Positions 1 through 9,267 of a stretch of DNA of 64,000 bases are shown piece by piece (positions within the stretch are counted from its first letter, which is position 1; every line of letters starts with the position of its first letter). The DNA is from Candidatus Falkowbacteria bacterium RIFOXYC2_FULL_36_12 (GTDB lineage: Bacteria; Patescibacteriota; Patescibacteriia; UBA11705): contig MFGJ01000006.1 of the NCBI GenBank assembly GCA_001778235.1, forward strand, positions 98,092 to 162,091, in the 5' to 3' direction. A program made the translations under genes and the position numbers. The notes beneath the pieces were generated by a model, which made no database searches, was not told the origin of the DNA, and saw only the letters and a list, made by a program, of their open reading frames with translations.

Positions 1-141
1 CTGTATAAAATATACGGTTTTTTTGTTTTTGAGTGAAAGTGATATAATATAGATACAAATATACAACTATACAAGAATTACAAAATCAATTAAATTGTTG
101 TTGTATTCGTATTATTTGTAATATTCGTAAATTTGTAATAC

Positions 142-1539
142 ATGAAAATAAAATTTTGCGGAGCAGACAAGAATGTTACTGGATCAAGACATTTGATTGA
201 GATTAATAATAAAAAAATTTTACTGGACTGTGGTTTGTTCCAAGGTGGTTTTAGTCGTCTGGAAAAGCATAAGATGAACAATAAGTTTCTTTTTGATCCA
301 AAGAAAATTGATGTTGTAATTTTGTCCCATGCGCACATTGATCATGCGGGGAATTTGCCAACATTGGTTAAACAGGGTTTTAAGGGTAAAATTTATTGCA
401 CGAAACCGACGATTGAGTTACTCGGAGTAATGCTTGAAGATTCAGCCAAGATTCAAGCTCAAGATGTTGATTATTTGAAAAAAAGATTTGAAGCTGTAAT
501 TGAACCACTATATTCAAAAGTTGATGTTGTGCACACTTTGAAAAAAATGGTTGGAGTTGATTATGGTCAATGTTTTGAAGTGGAAGAAGGTTGCAAAGCA
601 ACTTTTTATGATGCTGGTCATGTTCTTGGGTCAGCTCAAACATTATTAGAGATAAAAGAAGGGAATAAAAGCTATAAATTGGTATATACTGGTGATTTGG
701 GTCGGAAAAATATGCCAATTCTCAATGATCCATATCAAATCCTTGAAGCTGATTTTCTCATAACCGAGAGCACCTATGCTGAACACATTCATGATACCTT
801 TGATTATGTTTTTGATGAGATGAAATGGGCGATAAATGATGTTGTGGCAAGAGGTGGCAAAATCATTGTTCCGGGTTTTTCTCTTGAGAGAACGCAGGAG
901 CTAGTTTATGTTTTGCATAAACTGTATCTTGATAAGAAAATTCCAGCTGTACCAATTTTCGTTGATAGTCCGATGTCAACAAAAATTTCCAAGGTTTTTA
1001 TGAACAATGTTGATTATTATGATGATCAATCATTTAGAGATTTCCTTGGACGAGCCAGAAGTCCATTCGCATTTAAAAATTTGAAATATATAACTTCAGT
1101 TGAAGAGTCAAAAAAGTTGAATTATTATAAAGGTTCCTGCATAATAATTTCAGCTTCAGGTATGTGTAATGCTGGTAGAATAATCCATCATTTGAAACAT
1201 AATATTGAAAACCCAAAAAATTTAATTTTGATAATTGGTTATATGGCCGAGGGAACACTTGGCCGAAGAATAGTTGAGCAGAAACGAAAGGTGAAAATAT
1301 TTGGTCAATATTATAATTTAAAGGCTGATGTCCTAGCAATGAATGAGTTTTCAGCCCATGCGGACAAGCTTGATTTGCTGGCCAATGTACAGAATATGAA
1401 AAAATTAAAGAAAGTATTTATTGTTCATGGTGAAAAATTCGCAACTTCGTATTTGCGCGATTGTATAAAAAATGTGTTAAAATTTAAAGGTGAGGTAATT
1501 GTCCCCGAGCTCGGTGAAAAGATAATGATAGGAAGTTGA
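142..1539 (+). CDS. MBL-fold/beta-CASP RNA-processing metallo-hydrolase (YSH1-like)
   Basis: LSHAHIDHAG metal motif, DAGHVLGS, YTGDLG, ESTY, FSAHAD and VHGE motifs. Confidence 0.92.
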   Translation: MKIKFCGADKNVTGSRHLIEINNKKILLDCGLFQGGFSRLEKHKMNNKFLFDPKKIDVVILSHAHIDHAGNLPTLVKQGFKGKIYCTKPTIELLGVMLEDSAKIQAQDVDYLKKRFEAVIEPLYSKVDVVHTLKKMVGVDYGQCFEVEEGCKATFYDAGHVLGSAQTLLEIKEGNKSYKLVYTGDLGRKNMPILNDPYQILEADFLITESTYAEHIHDTFDYVFDEMKWAINDVVARGGKIIVPGFSLERTQELVYVLHKLYLDKKIPAVPIFVDSPMSTKISKVFMNNVDYYDDQSFRDFLGRARSPFAFKNLKYITSVEESKKLNYYKGSCIIISASGMCNAGRIIHHLKHNIENPKNLILIIGYMAEGTLGRRIVEQKRKVKIFGQYYNLKADVLAMNEFSAHADKLDLLANVQNMKKLKKVFIVHGEKFATSYLRDCIKNVLKFKGEVIVPELGEKIMIGS

Positions 1540-1597
1540 CAGATAGAATAGTGGGATCGGAGTAAGTGAAATAAATGTGAGATAAATTCGTATATAT

Positions 1598-2008
1598 ATG
1601 TATAAATGTATAATATTTGATTTTTTGGGTGTTTTACATCCGGATGTGAATAACAGAGCTAAAAATGTTGTGAAGGAAATAAAAGACCTGGGAATTGAGG
1701 TTGGAGGCATTACTAATTTGGGACAAAGTTCAGCAGATAAAATTGCCAAAGAGTTTAATATTGAAAAATATTATGTTGCGCCAGAAATGAATCTACCGAA
1801 GACTGATAGCACTATTTATGAGAAATTTATCAATGAATATGGGTTTTTGCCTGTGGAATGTTTGGTTATTGATGATTTGCCTGACAATTTGATCGCGCCC
1901 AGTTCATTGGGGATTAAAACAGTTTATTTAGGAAAAAAAGTTGGTGTTGAGGCAGATTATGTAATTAGTCAGATATCTGAATTGCTTGATGTTGTTAGGT
2001 CGGGATAA
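1598..2008 (+). CDS. HAD-superfamily hydrolase (short, capless type)
   Basis: IIFDFLGVL motif I, LPK motif III, VIDDLPDN motif IV. Confidence 0.75.
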   Translation: MYKCIIFDFLGVLHPDVNNRAKNVVKEIKDLGIEVGGITNLGQSSADKIAKEFNIEKYYVAPEMNLPKTDSTIYEKFINEYGFLPVECLVIDDLPDNLIAPSSLGIKTVYLGKKVGVEADYVISQISELLDVVRSG

Positions 2009-2120
2009 GTTTATTTGCACCTGATTTATTTATCTGCTAAGATTTAGTAACAATATAAATAATTAATAGTAAATTGAACAGGCAATAATCTGTTGATTGT
2101 TGCAAATCAATAATTTTAAT

Positions 2121-2852
2121 ATGGAAAAACAAAAAAATGAATCAAAAGTTAATTTTTTCCTGGGATTTTTTGCTGGTTTAGCAGTGATTAGTATGATTGG
2201 GTTTTTTGTACTTCTTGCTATGGTAATTTCTGGTGGTGAGAGTACAACTGGGGTTGTTCAGGCTGGAAATGATGATTCAAACCTAGTGATAGATAATACT
2301 GATACTGCGGATCAACCACAAAATGTTGTGGCTGTTAAGCCTATTTCTGATGATGATTATGTCAAGGGTGACCCAAACGCTGATGTTCAGCTCATAATTT
2401 ATGATGATTTTGAGTGTCCATACTGTTTGAATCATGAAGCGACTGTAAATAAAATAGTTGATGAGTATGGTGATAAGGTAGCTATAGCCTTTCGTCATTT
2501 CCCATTATCTTTCCATCCAAATGCCCAGAAAGCAGCTGAAGCCTATGAGTGCGGAGCTGAACAGGGTAAATTCTGGGAGATGAAGAATAAATTATTTGAT
2601 CTAAATGAATCTGGTACAATGAGCGTGGCTAATTATAAAAAAGCCGCAGTTGAATTAAAACTTAATACCAGCCAATTTAATACTTGTTTGGATTCTGGTC
2701 AATATGCTTCTAAGATTGCCAGTCAACAGCAGGATGCAATTACTTTCGGAGTTGAAGGAACACCAGGTAACTTTTTAAATGGTCAGTTAGTTAGCGGAGC
2801 TTTACCTTTTGAGCAGTTTAAGCCGGTAATAGATCAGATTTTAGCGCAATAA
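2121..2852 (+). CDS. Membrane-anchored DsbA/BdbD-family thiol-disulfide oxidoreductase
   Basis: N-terminal TM helix, DFECPYC active site, RHFPLSFH, GTP cis-Pro loop; ATG 2121 preferred over TTG 2097. Confidence 0.9.
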   Translation: MEKQKNESKVNFFLGFFAGLAVISMIGFFVLLAMVISGGESTTGVVQAGNDDSNLVIDNTDTADQPQNVVAVKPISDDDYVKGDPNADVQLIIYDDFECPYCLNHEATVNKIVDEYGDKVAIAFRHFPLSFHPNAQKAAEAYECGAEQGKFWEMKNKLFDLNESGTMSVANYKKAAVELKLNTSQFNTCLDSGQYASKIASQQQDAITFGVEGTPGNFLNGQLVSGALPFEQFKPVIDQILAQ

Positions 2853-2869
2853 AGTAAATAATATAGAAG

Positions 2870-2895
2870 AAACACAGATGAGTCTGTGTTTTTTT
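2870..2895 (+). terminator. Intrinsic terminator
   Basis: aaacacaga-tgag-tctgtgttt hairpin followed by T-run. Confidence 0.7.
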
Positions 2896-3110
2896 GTATT
2901 GGTTGTATTTTGTAACATTTTCGCTTTGCGAGCTACTTTTGACACCCTGCCTACCTATATGCAGGCAAGCCCCGAGGTTGGTCGTGTTCGTAGGGTTGAA
3001 GGTGAGTGATTGTGATTGTGATTGGGAATATATGGATTATGTTAGAACTGAATTAATAATTAGACATATTGATAAATTTATGAATTTTTACTATAATTTG
3101 ATATAATTAT

Positions 3111-3198
3111 GGTGAGGTGGCCGAGTGGTTGAAGGCGCACGCTTGGAAAGCGTGTTGGGTGAAAGCTCACGCAGGTTCGAATCCTGTCCTCACCGCCA
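3111..3198 (+). tRNA. tRNA-Ser (GGA)
   Basis: Cloverleaf with anticodon arm cacgc-ttGGAaa-gcgtg, long variable arm, ggttcgaatcc T-arm, encoded GCCA. Confidence 0.97.
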
Positions 3199-3353
3199 GT
3201 AGTTTTAGATTCGATACATGACACTATAGATATTTTGTTTAATTGAATTATCGGTTCTCCTCTAGAGGTGGAACCGCATCGGTTCGGCTTGAGCTCACGG
3301 CCGAAGGTTGGCGGAGAATCCTGTCCTCGTTGCTGGATTAACAACTTTGAACT

Positions 3354-4271
3354 ATGTATACATACAAGCATCCAAAACCAATAGTAATAAAGCTCACCGA
3401 TGAGCTTGGTTTTGATTTGCGACAAAAAGCGGCAGAGTATATTACTGCAAATCAAAATAGGACTGGCGCAGAACGAGGAAGTTCAGAGGAACAAGGGTTT
3501 GGTGCACTTGCAGAAATGGTTATACGGAACAAGCTGGGTATGTCAGAGATAAATTCAGAGGATCATCCTTTGGGATATGATCTTTTACTCCCATCTGGAA
3601 TTAAAGTTGATGTTAAATGTCGCGGTGGCGCACTACCATTTAAAGAGGAATATGAAAGTAGTGATGGTATTGCAAGAGAAGCAAAACATAATTTCTTTGC
3701 GCGACAGATGCATGACGAAAGACTGGACGCTGATATTTATGTCATGACCCACCTCGAAACTCCTAGCAAAAGAGAGCTTCCGGGCACGACTAGACAAAGA
3801 AAATGGGTACTTTATATCTGTGGTTGGGTCTCAAAGGAGCGAGTATCTAACGAGGGTGTTTACTTGCCACGCGGTTCTCTTACCGAACAAGGCAGAACGT
3901 GGTTCACTTATCGTGGGCAAGAAATAGAGTATTATAACCGCAACCTCAATGGATTAGAGTCAGTTCAGGATTTATTAAGTATTGAACAGATGGATGTCAC
4001 GAAAGACAGTGTCCACAAGGGCGACCTAAATCTTACTTCGGTTGATGCCATTAGAATTGCCTATGACCTTATTGGTCGTGGTGTGCTTTCGGAACAACAC
4101 CTGGCTTTTGTTCAAAATGAAACTGGCATAAATAAAATCGTGAAGCCAGTTTTACACTCAAATCAGTATTTTCATCTTTTACATTGGCTCAAAGAAAAAG
4201 GTGCGTTGACCGATAGCGAGATTGAAAAAGCGCGAAAAATTCTTCAAGAAGAGCCGTATAGTGGAATCTAA
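3354..4271 (+). CDS. Putative PD-(D/E)XK restriction endonuclease
   Basis: GALAE...GYDLLLPSGIKVDVK fits E...PD...(D/E)xK; convergent with a DNA methyltransferase. Confidence 0.6.
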   Translation: MYTYKHPKPIVIKLTDELGFDLRQKAAEYITANQNRTGAERGSSEEQGFGALAEMVIRNKLGMSEINSEDHPLGYDLLLPSGIKVDVKCRGGALPFKEEYESSDGIAREAKHNFFARQMHDERLDADIYVMTHLETPSKRELPGTTRQRKWVLYICGWVSKERVSNEGVYLPRGSLTEQGRTWFTYRGQEIEYYNRNLNGLESVQDLLSIEQMDVTKDSVHKGDLNLTSVDAIRIAYDLIGRGVLSEQHLAFVQNETGINKIVKPVLHSNQYFHLLHWLKEKGALTDSEIEKARKILQEEPYSGI

Positions 4272-4276
4272 AATAG

Positions 4277-5365
4277 CTATAGTTTGTTACTAGCTGCTTT
4301 GTATTGAGTTTCAGCTTCTTTGATACGTTTTTTGGAAACTTCAATATAATCAATTTTGTGTTTCTTGAAGAGATAAACATCTTCGTTTTTTTCAATCCCA
4401 ATAAATTTTCTTCCCTCCAAAACCGCAGAGACTAGAAAGCTGCCGCTCCCGCAAGTATTATCTAGCACTACATCGCCTTCCTTCGTAAAAGTACGAATTA
4501 GATAACGACCAAGCTCCACTGGTTTTTGTGTCGGATGATAAACTTCACCTTCGCTCTCGGCGGTTTTGAAATAGACAACATCAGTTGGATATCTTTCGCC
4601 ATTACTTTTTACCTCAACGGTTTTGAAATCGCCATAACTTCCGGTAAATTGATCTTTTCTAAAACCCTTATTATAAGGCTCGCCATAAGTCATCTGAGGA
4701 TTATATGCGGGCTGACTCTTGTAAAAAATGCAAACATCCTCGTGTTTTCTCAACGGTTGTTTTTTGGCATTAAGAAAGTTTGTTGGTTTGGATTTTACCC
4801 AAGTGATTTTGTATTTAAATAATTTTGGATTAGATAACATCAGATTAGCAGTAAAAAGTCCTTGTCCAGTAAGAGCAATGACACCCTTATCTTTTATAAT
4901 ACGCTCGTAGTGGCTCCAAAGTTGGTCCATAGGGATAACGCTGTCCCAGTGATTTTGTGTGGTGCCATATGGCAAATCACACAAAATCATATCAACTGAT
5001 TTTGCAGGGATTTTTTTCATCACTTCCAAGCAATCTCCCTTAATGACATGATTCATGAAGTTGGAGATTGGTTTTTCGCTGTTTTTTATTGTTTTAGCTT
5101 TTACTTCCGCCACCCTGATATTTTTTCGTAAATACCAAAGACAGTAAGTGTTTACCTGCAACCCTTCTTGTTGAGCGCGTTGCTCTAACACTAGATAAGA
5201 GTCAGTTCCGAGTAAGTTGCGTAATTCATTACTTCCAAGATTAGCTATGATTTTATACAAATCTATATTTCTCTTGCCAAAAGCCAAAACAACGCCCTTC
5301 GTTTTCGGGTTTGTTTCTTTATGGTCTGAAAAATAGACTGCTTTGAAGATTTGGTTGCTTGCCAT
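4277..5365 (-). CDS. Site-specific N4-C/N6-A DNA methyltransferase (beta class)
   Basis: GDCLEVM, ILCDLPYG (motif IV), HPTQKP, then VVLDNTCGSGS (motif I). Confidence 0.93.
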   Translation of the reverse strand: MASNQIFKAVYFSDHKETNPKTKGVVLAFGKRNIDLYKIIANLGSNELRNLLGTDSYLVLEQRAQQEGLQVNTYCLWYLRKNIRVAEVKAKTIKNSEKPISNFMNHVIKGDCLEVMKKIPAKSVDMILCDLPYGTTQNHWDSVIPMDQLWSHYERIIKDKGVIALTGQGLFTANLMLSNPKLFKYKITWVKSKPTNFLNAKKQPLRKHEDVCIFYKSQPAYNPQMTYGEPYNKGFRKDQFTGSYGDFKTVEVKSNGERYPTDVVYFKTAESEGEVYHPTQKPVELGRYLIRTFTKEGDVVLDNTCGSGSFLVSAVLEGRKFIGIEKNEDVYLFKKHKIDYIEVSKKRIKEAETQYKAASNKL

Positions 5366-5989
5366 ATGTGTATTATAGTATGATACCTATGCAAAAAGAA
5401 GTCCATTTATCCACATGAGTAATAAAAACAAGAGTAATTTCTTTATTTGATTATTTTATAAAGCTGGAAATAAGTTCCGCAATTTTGTATTTCGTAAGCG
5501 TTTAGGAAGAAAAGAATGGTCAGCAAAATTCATTTTTTCCATAATGAACATCTTTAGTGATTTTGAATCAACGGTCAGAATTACGAAGTCAATCAACGCC
5601 GTGAGGTAACTAGCCGTGAATCGGAGACATCAGTGCCATCAAGAAACTCACAGAGGAGTATTGCCGGGGACATTTTTTGTGAGAATTCTTCTCCAAGGTC
5701 AGTGGAGGTATTAAATAAGTATAAATTGAAAAATTAACTAATGTGAGTTATACTTAACTCAATAAAAAACTTGAAATTGTTAATGCTCGTGGTTTCGAAA
5801 TTCATTTTGCCCGCCCGATTCATCCGAGTCGCGCAAGGCGTAGCGAGGACAGAATTCCGTTCGAGCTATTTCAAGAATACACCGCCCGTAGTTTTGAAAA
5901 ACGAGTAGTAAAGGATTTTATTTTTCAATGGATTTTGAAAGTAAAAATTGGCAAAATAGGTAAATCCGCAAGGGATTTGAACCAAGGTT

Positions 5990-6385
5990 ATGAAAGTAGT
6001 AATAGCAGGAAGTGCGAAGCTTCAAAATGAAATACAAAAATGGATAGAATACTGGAATAGCAAAAACGACTATTTAGTTTTAGATTACCCAAAAGCTATT
6101 CCTGAAGATAATTTTGATGAACTTTATCCCGAGGTTCATAAAAACTTTTTCAAAAATATAACGGAAGCTGATGTACTTTTTATTGCTAACTATAAAAAGA
6201 ACGGAATTGGTGGATATATTGGAGCAGAAACTTTTGCCGAATTAGGATTTGGATTAGCCCAGAAATTGATTTACGGTAAAAAAATAAGATTGATACTTGC
6301 AAATATGCCAGTAAAAGAAGTTGCCTGTTATGATGAAATATTTTTATGGAAAAAACTCGGCTGGATAGATGAAATTATTGGATAA
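5990..6385 (+). CDS. Hypothetical protein, nucleoside 2-deoxyribosyltransferase-like fold
   Basis: VVIAGS...ADVLFIAN...GYIGAETFAE pattern resembles NDT-like proteins. Confidence 0.5.
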   Translation: MKVVIAGSAKLQNEIQKWIEYWNSKNDYLVLDYPKAIPEDNFDELYPEVHKNFFKNITEADVLFIANYKKNGIGGYIGAETFAELGFGLAQKLIYGKKIRLILANMPVKEVACYDEIFLWKKLGWIDEIIG

Positions 6386-6507
6386 GAGATATATACATCA
6401 TTTTTATCAAAACAGTATGGAATGTTGCATATATCAATAAACTTTAATTGCTTCAAAACAAAATTTGTTAAAATGAGTACCCCGTAAGGGATTTGAACTA
6501 AAATAAT

Positions 6508-7014
6508 ATGGAATTAATGGAACAAAAAAAGAGTATGGTAAATACGACTTTAGTATTATTGATAAAACGGCAAGATAATAATATTTCAGAAATATGTTTA
6601 GCAATGAAAAAAAGAGGGTTTGGTCAAGGGCGATGGAATGGGGTTGGCGGTAAATTGGAAGCGGGAGAAACGATTGAACAAGGTGCGGTCAGAGAAACAA
6701 AAGAAGAAATAAATGTGGTTCCAATTGATTTAAAAAAAATAGCAGAATTGACTTTCAGATTTATTGATAATCCAGAATGGGATCAGATTGTTTATGTTTA
6801 TTTTTGTGAAAAATGGAAAAATAATCCGATCGAAACAGAAGAAATGAAACCTAAATGGTTCCGAATCACTGATTTGCCTTTTGAGCAGATGTGGCCAGAT
6901 GATAAATTTTGGTTAACAGAAGTACTGAAGGATAAATTGGTTAAGGCAGAATTTAACTATGAAAAGAATGATATTATTCTGGATAAAAATGTCTTAATTA
7001 CAGATAAATTATAA
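6508..7014 (+). CDS. NUDIX hydrolase, 8-oxo-dGTP diphosphatase (MTH1-like)
   Basis: KKRGFGQGRWNGVGGKLEAGETIEQGAVRETKEE Nudix box; MWPDD motif. Confidence 0.9.
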   Translation: MELMEQKKSMVNTTLVLLIKRQDNNISEICLAMKKRGFGQGRWNGVGGKLEAGETIEQGAVRETKEEINVVPIDLKKIAELTFRFIDNPEWDQIVYVYFCEKWKNNPIETEEMKPKWFRITDLPFEQMWPDDKFWLTEVLKDKLVKAEFNYEKNDIILDKNVLITDKL

Positions 7015-7018
7015 ATCT

Positions 7019-7591
7019 ATGAAAAAAGTCATTTTAGTTCATGGCTGGGATGGTAGTCCAGAAAATGCTTGGTTCCCTTGGCTTCGGGAAAATCTGATTA
7101 AGAATGAGTTTGAAGTTATTGTTCCTGCAATGCCAAACCCAAGCCAGCCAAATATTGCTATGTGGATAAAGCAAATTGGTGATTCAGTTAAAGAGATTGA
7201 TGAACAAACATATTTTGTGGGACACGGTATTGGTTGTCAGGCGGTTGCAAGATTCTTGGAAAAAGTATCAGACGGAAAAAAGGTTGGTGGAGTAGTTTTT
7301 GTCGCTGGTTTTTTTCAGAAATTAAACAATGAAGATGATGATGAGATAGATAAAGAAATAGCAAATGATTGGTTAAAGGCACCAATTAATTTTGCTAAAG
7401 TCGCATCGCATATTCATAAAAGTTTGGCGATTTTTTCTGATGATGATCCTGTTGTGCCTTTAGTTAATATTGATGACTTTAGAGATAAGCTTGGGTGCAA
7501 AATTATAATTGAAAAAAATAAAGGTCATTTTGATGATTATGCCAAAGTTTTAGAGTTGCAAAGTGTGTTAGATTTTTTACTAAAGAAATAA
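7019..7591 (+). CDS. RBBP9/YdeN-family alpha/beta hydrolase (nucleophile Ser replaced by Gly)
   Basis: VHGWDGS, WFPWL, GHGIGC elbow, SDDDPVV, GHF. Confidence 0.85.
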   Translation: MKKVILVHGWDGSPENAWFPWLRENLIKNEFEVIVPAMPNPSQPNIAMWIKQIGDSVKEIDEQTYFVGHGIGCQAVARFLEKVSDGKKVGGVVFVAGFFQKLNNEDDDEIDKEIANDWLKAPINFAKVASHIHKSLAIFSDDDPVVPLVNIDDFRDKLGCKIIIEKNKGHFDDYAKVLELQSVLDFLLKK

Positions 7592-7598
7592 ATAATTT

Positions 7599-8072
7599 AT
7601 GAAAAAGTTAGTTATATTAATTGTTGCAGTATTGATTGTTGGTTTTGGTTGGTGGTATGTTTCAACAAATTATTCAAGTCCAGATGAAAATGAACCAAAA
7701 GCTGAAATTTTCAATCAGGAGAGATTAGCTGATTATGAGGGTCAGAAATCAATCCAATTGACTGATGTCTCTGGTGGTGGAGCAGTTGGAACTGCTTGGT
7801 TGGTTTTCAAGGATGGTCAAACATACAATAGAGTGATGGCAAGTGATTTGTTAGGTTTGGAAAATAATGATTTTTATGAAGGTTGGTTGGTAAATCCAAA
7901 AACTAAACAGTATTTTTCAACAGGAAAACTAAATAACCTCGGTGATGGGAATTATTATTTGGAATTTAACAATAATTCTATTAAGGAAGAATATAATTTT
8001 GTAGTAATTACCCTCGAGTCTGATGATGGAGATAGTTTTCCGGCAAAACATATTTTAGAAGGTGGGTTCTGA
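7599..8072 (+). CDS. Membrane-anchored protein with RskA-like (anti-sigma-K) C-terminal domain
   Basis: N-terminal TM; FYEGWLV...VVITLE...P..HILEG pattern. Confidence 0.55.
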   Translation: MKKLVILIVAVLIVGFGWWYVSTNYSSPDENEPKAEIFNQERLADYEGQKSIQLTDVSGGGAVGTAWLVFKDGQTYNRVMASDLLGLENNDFYEGWLVNPKTKQYFSTGKLNNLGDGNYYLEFNNNSIKEEYNFVVITLESDDGDSFPAKHILEGGF

Positions 8073-8191
8073 ACCTAAAAAATCCGTGAAAACGGATTTT
8101 TCGTTTGCTTGAAATTGGAATAAATTATATAATCAAATTGCAATAAAAATTGGTGACAATAGGTGTTATTTATAGATTAATATAAAATTTT

Positions 8192-8800
8192 ATGGGAAAA
8201 AAGGTTTGGGTTGCAATCATGATCGCTGTATTGGTTTCATTGGTTGTGTCGCTCGCAGTAATTTGGTGGTTTTTTCATTACATGACAAGTTCAATGTTAT
8301 TACAACAAAGTGCAAATGATTCAATTCAAAGTGAGATGAGAGATGAAATCAAACAATTGAAAACTGGAACAGCGGTTACAGTCAGTGATAGTACGAAGAT
8401 AGAGGATAGTAATAATGGTGATCAGGCAGATTCTTCAAGCGATAATTCAAGTGAAATTTCGTCTGTTAAAGCTTGTCCAGCTGATAAACATTGTGTTAAT
8501 GGTATTTGTGTGCCGATTGCAACCCCTGATGAATATGGTTGTTCGGTCAATATGGTTTGCGACCAAGGTGAGGTTTGTAGAAATGGTTTATGTGTAAATG
8601 AAGAGACAGCAATAGATATTTTCGGTTGTCATCCTGCCATGACTTGTGATGCTGGTCAGGTGTGTAGACATGGTTTGTGTGTAAATGTGGGAACTGCTCT
8701 TGATGTTTATGGCTGTAGTTCATCGGTAAAGTGTGAAACTGGTCAGGTTTGTCGTAGTGGAAGTTGTGTTGCAGTCGGTAGTGCGTGTTTAGAAAAATAA
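8192..8800 (+). CDS. Membrane-anchored protein with four Cys-rich repeats
   Basis: N-terminal TM, Ser/Asp linker, ~29-aa repeats of type GC-x5-C-x2-GQVCRxGxCV. Confidence 0.75.
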   Translation: MGKKVWVAIMIAVLVSLVVSLAVIWWFFHYMTSSMLLQQSANDSIQSEMRDEIKQLKTGTAVTVSDSTKIEDSNNGDQADSSSDNSSEISSVKACPADKHCVNGICVPIATPDEYGCSVNMVCDQGEVCRNGLCVNEETAIDIFGCHPAMTCDAGQVCRHGLCVNVGTALDVYGCSSSVKCETGQVCRSGSCVAVGSACLEK

Positions 8801-8844
8801 AATATTTTATAATAAAAAACCAGCAATGAAGCTGGTTTTTCGGT

Positions 8845-9264
8845 TTATTTTATTTTCTGGTTGATTTTTTGAATATAGTTTTTTATTGATCTCAATTCTT
8901 TGTTAACTAGCATTATTTCTCTTTCAGCTTTTCGGTTGATATGATAATCATATTCAAATCTTATTCTATCTCGTTCAGATGTACGATTTTGGCTCATCAA
9001 AATTATTGGTGCTTGGACCGCGGCTAAACTGGATAGACCAAAATTTAATAAAATATATGGATATGGGTCCCACGTCTGAAATATTAGCTGAACGGTATTT
9101 ATGGTCATCCAAAGGGCCATTACAATAAAAAGTGCGATAATGAATGTCCAACTACCGATTGAAGATGTTACCCAGTCAGCGGCTTTTTGACCGCGAGAAA
9201 GATTTTTTTTGTTTTCAGCTGGAATCGTGGGGCGTTGATTGGTATTGTTTATTCGACTGGGCAT
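8845..9264 (-). CDS. DUF1003-family membrane protein
   Basis: ADWVTSSIGSWTF...WDPYPYILLN...QAPIILMSQNR. Confidence 0.9.
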   Translation of the reverse strand: MPSRINNTNQRPTIPAENKKNLSRGQKAADWVTSSIGSWTFIIALFIVMALWMTINTVQLIFQTWDPYPYILLNFGLSSLAAVQAPIILMSQNRTSERDRIRFEYDYHINRKAEREIMLVNKELRSIKNYIQKINQKIK

Positions 9265-9267
9265 AGT

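Larger units (their letters stand above)
3191..5895. mobile_element. Small genomic island at the tRNA-Ser 3' end carrying a putative type II R-M system
   Basis: Direct repeat caccgccagtagtttt (3191-3206) vs caccgcccgtagtttt (5880-5895), 15/16 identical; visibly higher GC than flanks; no integrase inside. Confidence 0.7.

Noticed and set aside
3078..3455. 125-aa minus-strand ORF
   Set aside because: Antisense translation of tRNA-Ser (GGEDRIRT) and of the nuclease start; not a credible gene
5400..5830. Possible integrase remnant inside the island
   Set aside because: Only short broken frames, with no recognisable recombinase motif
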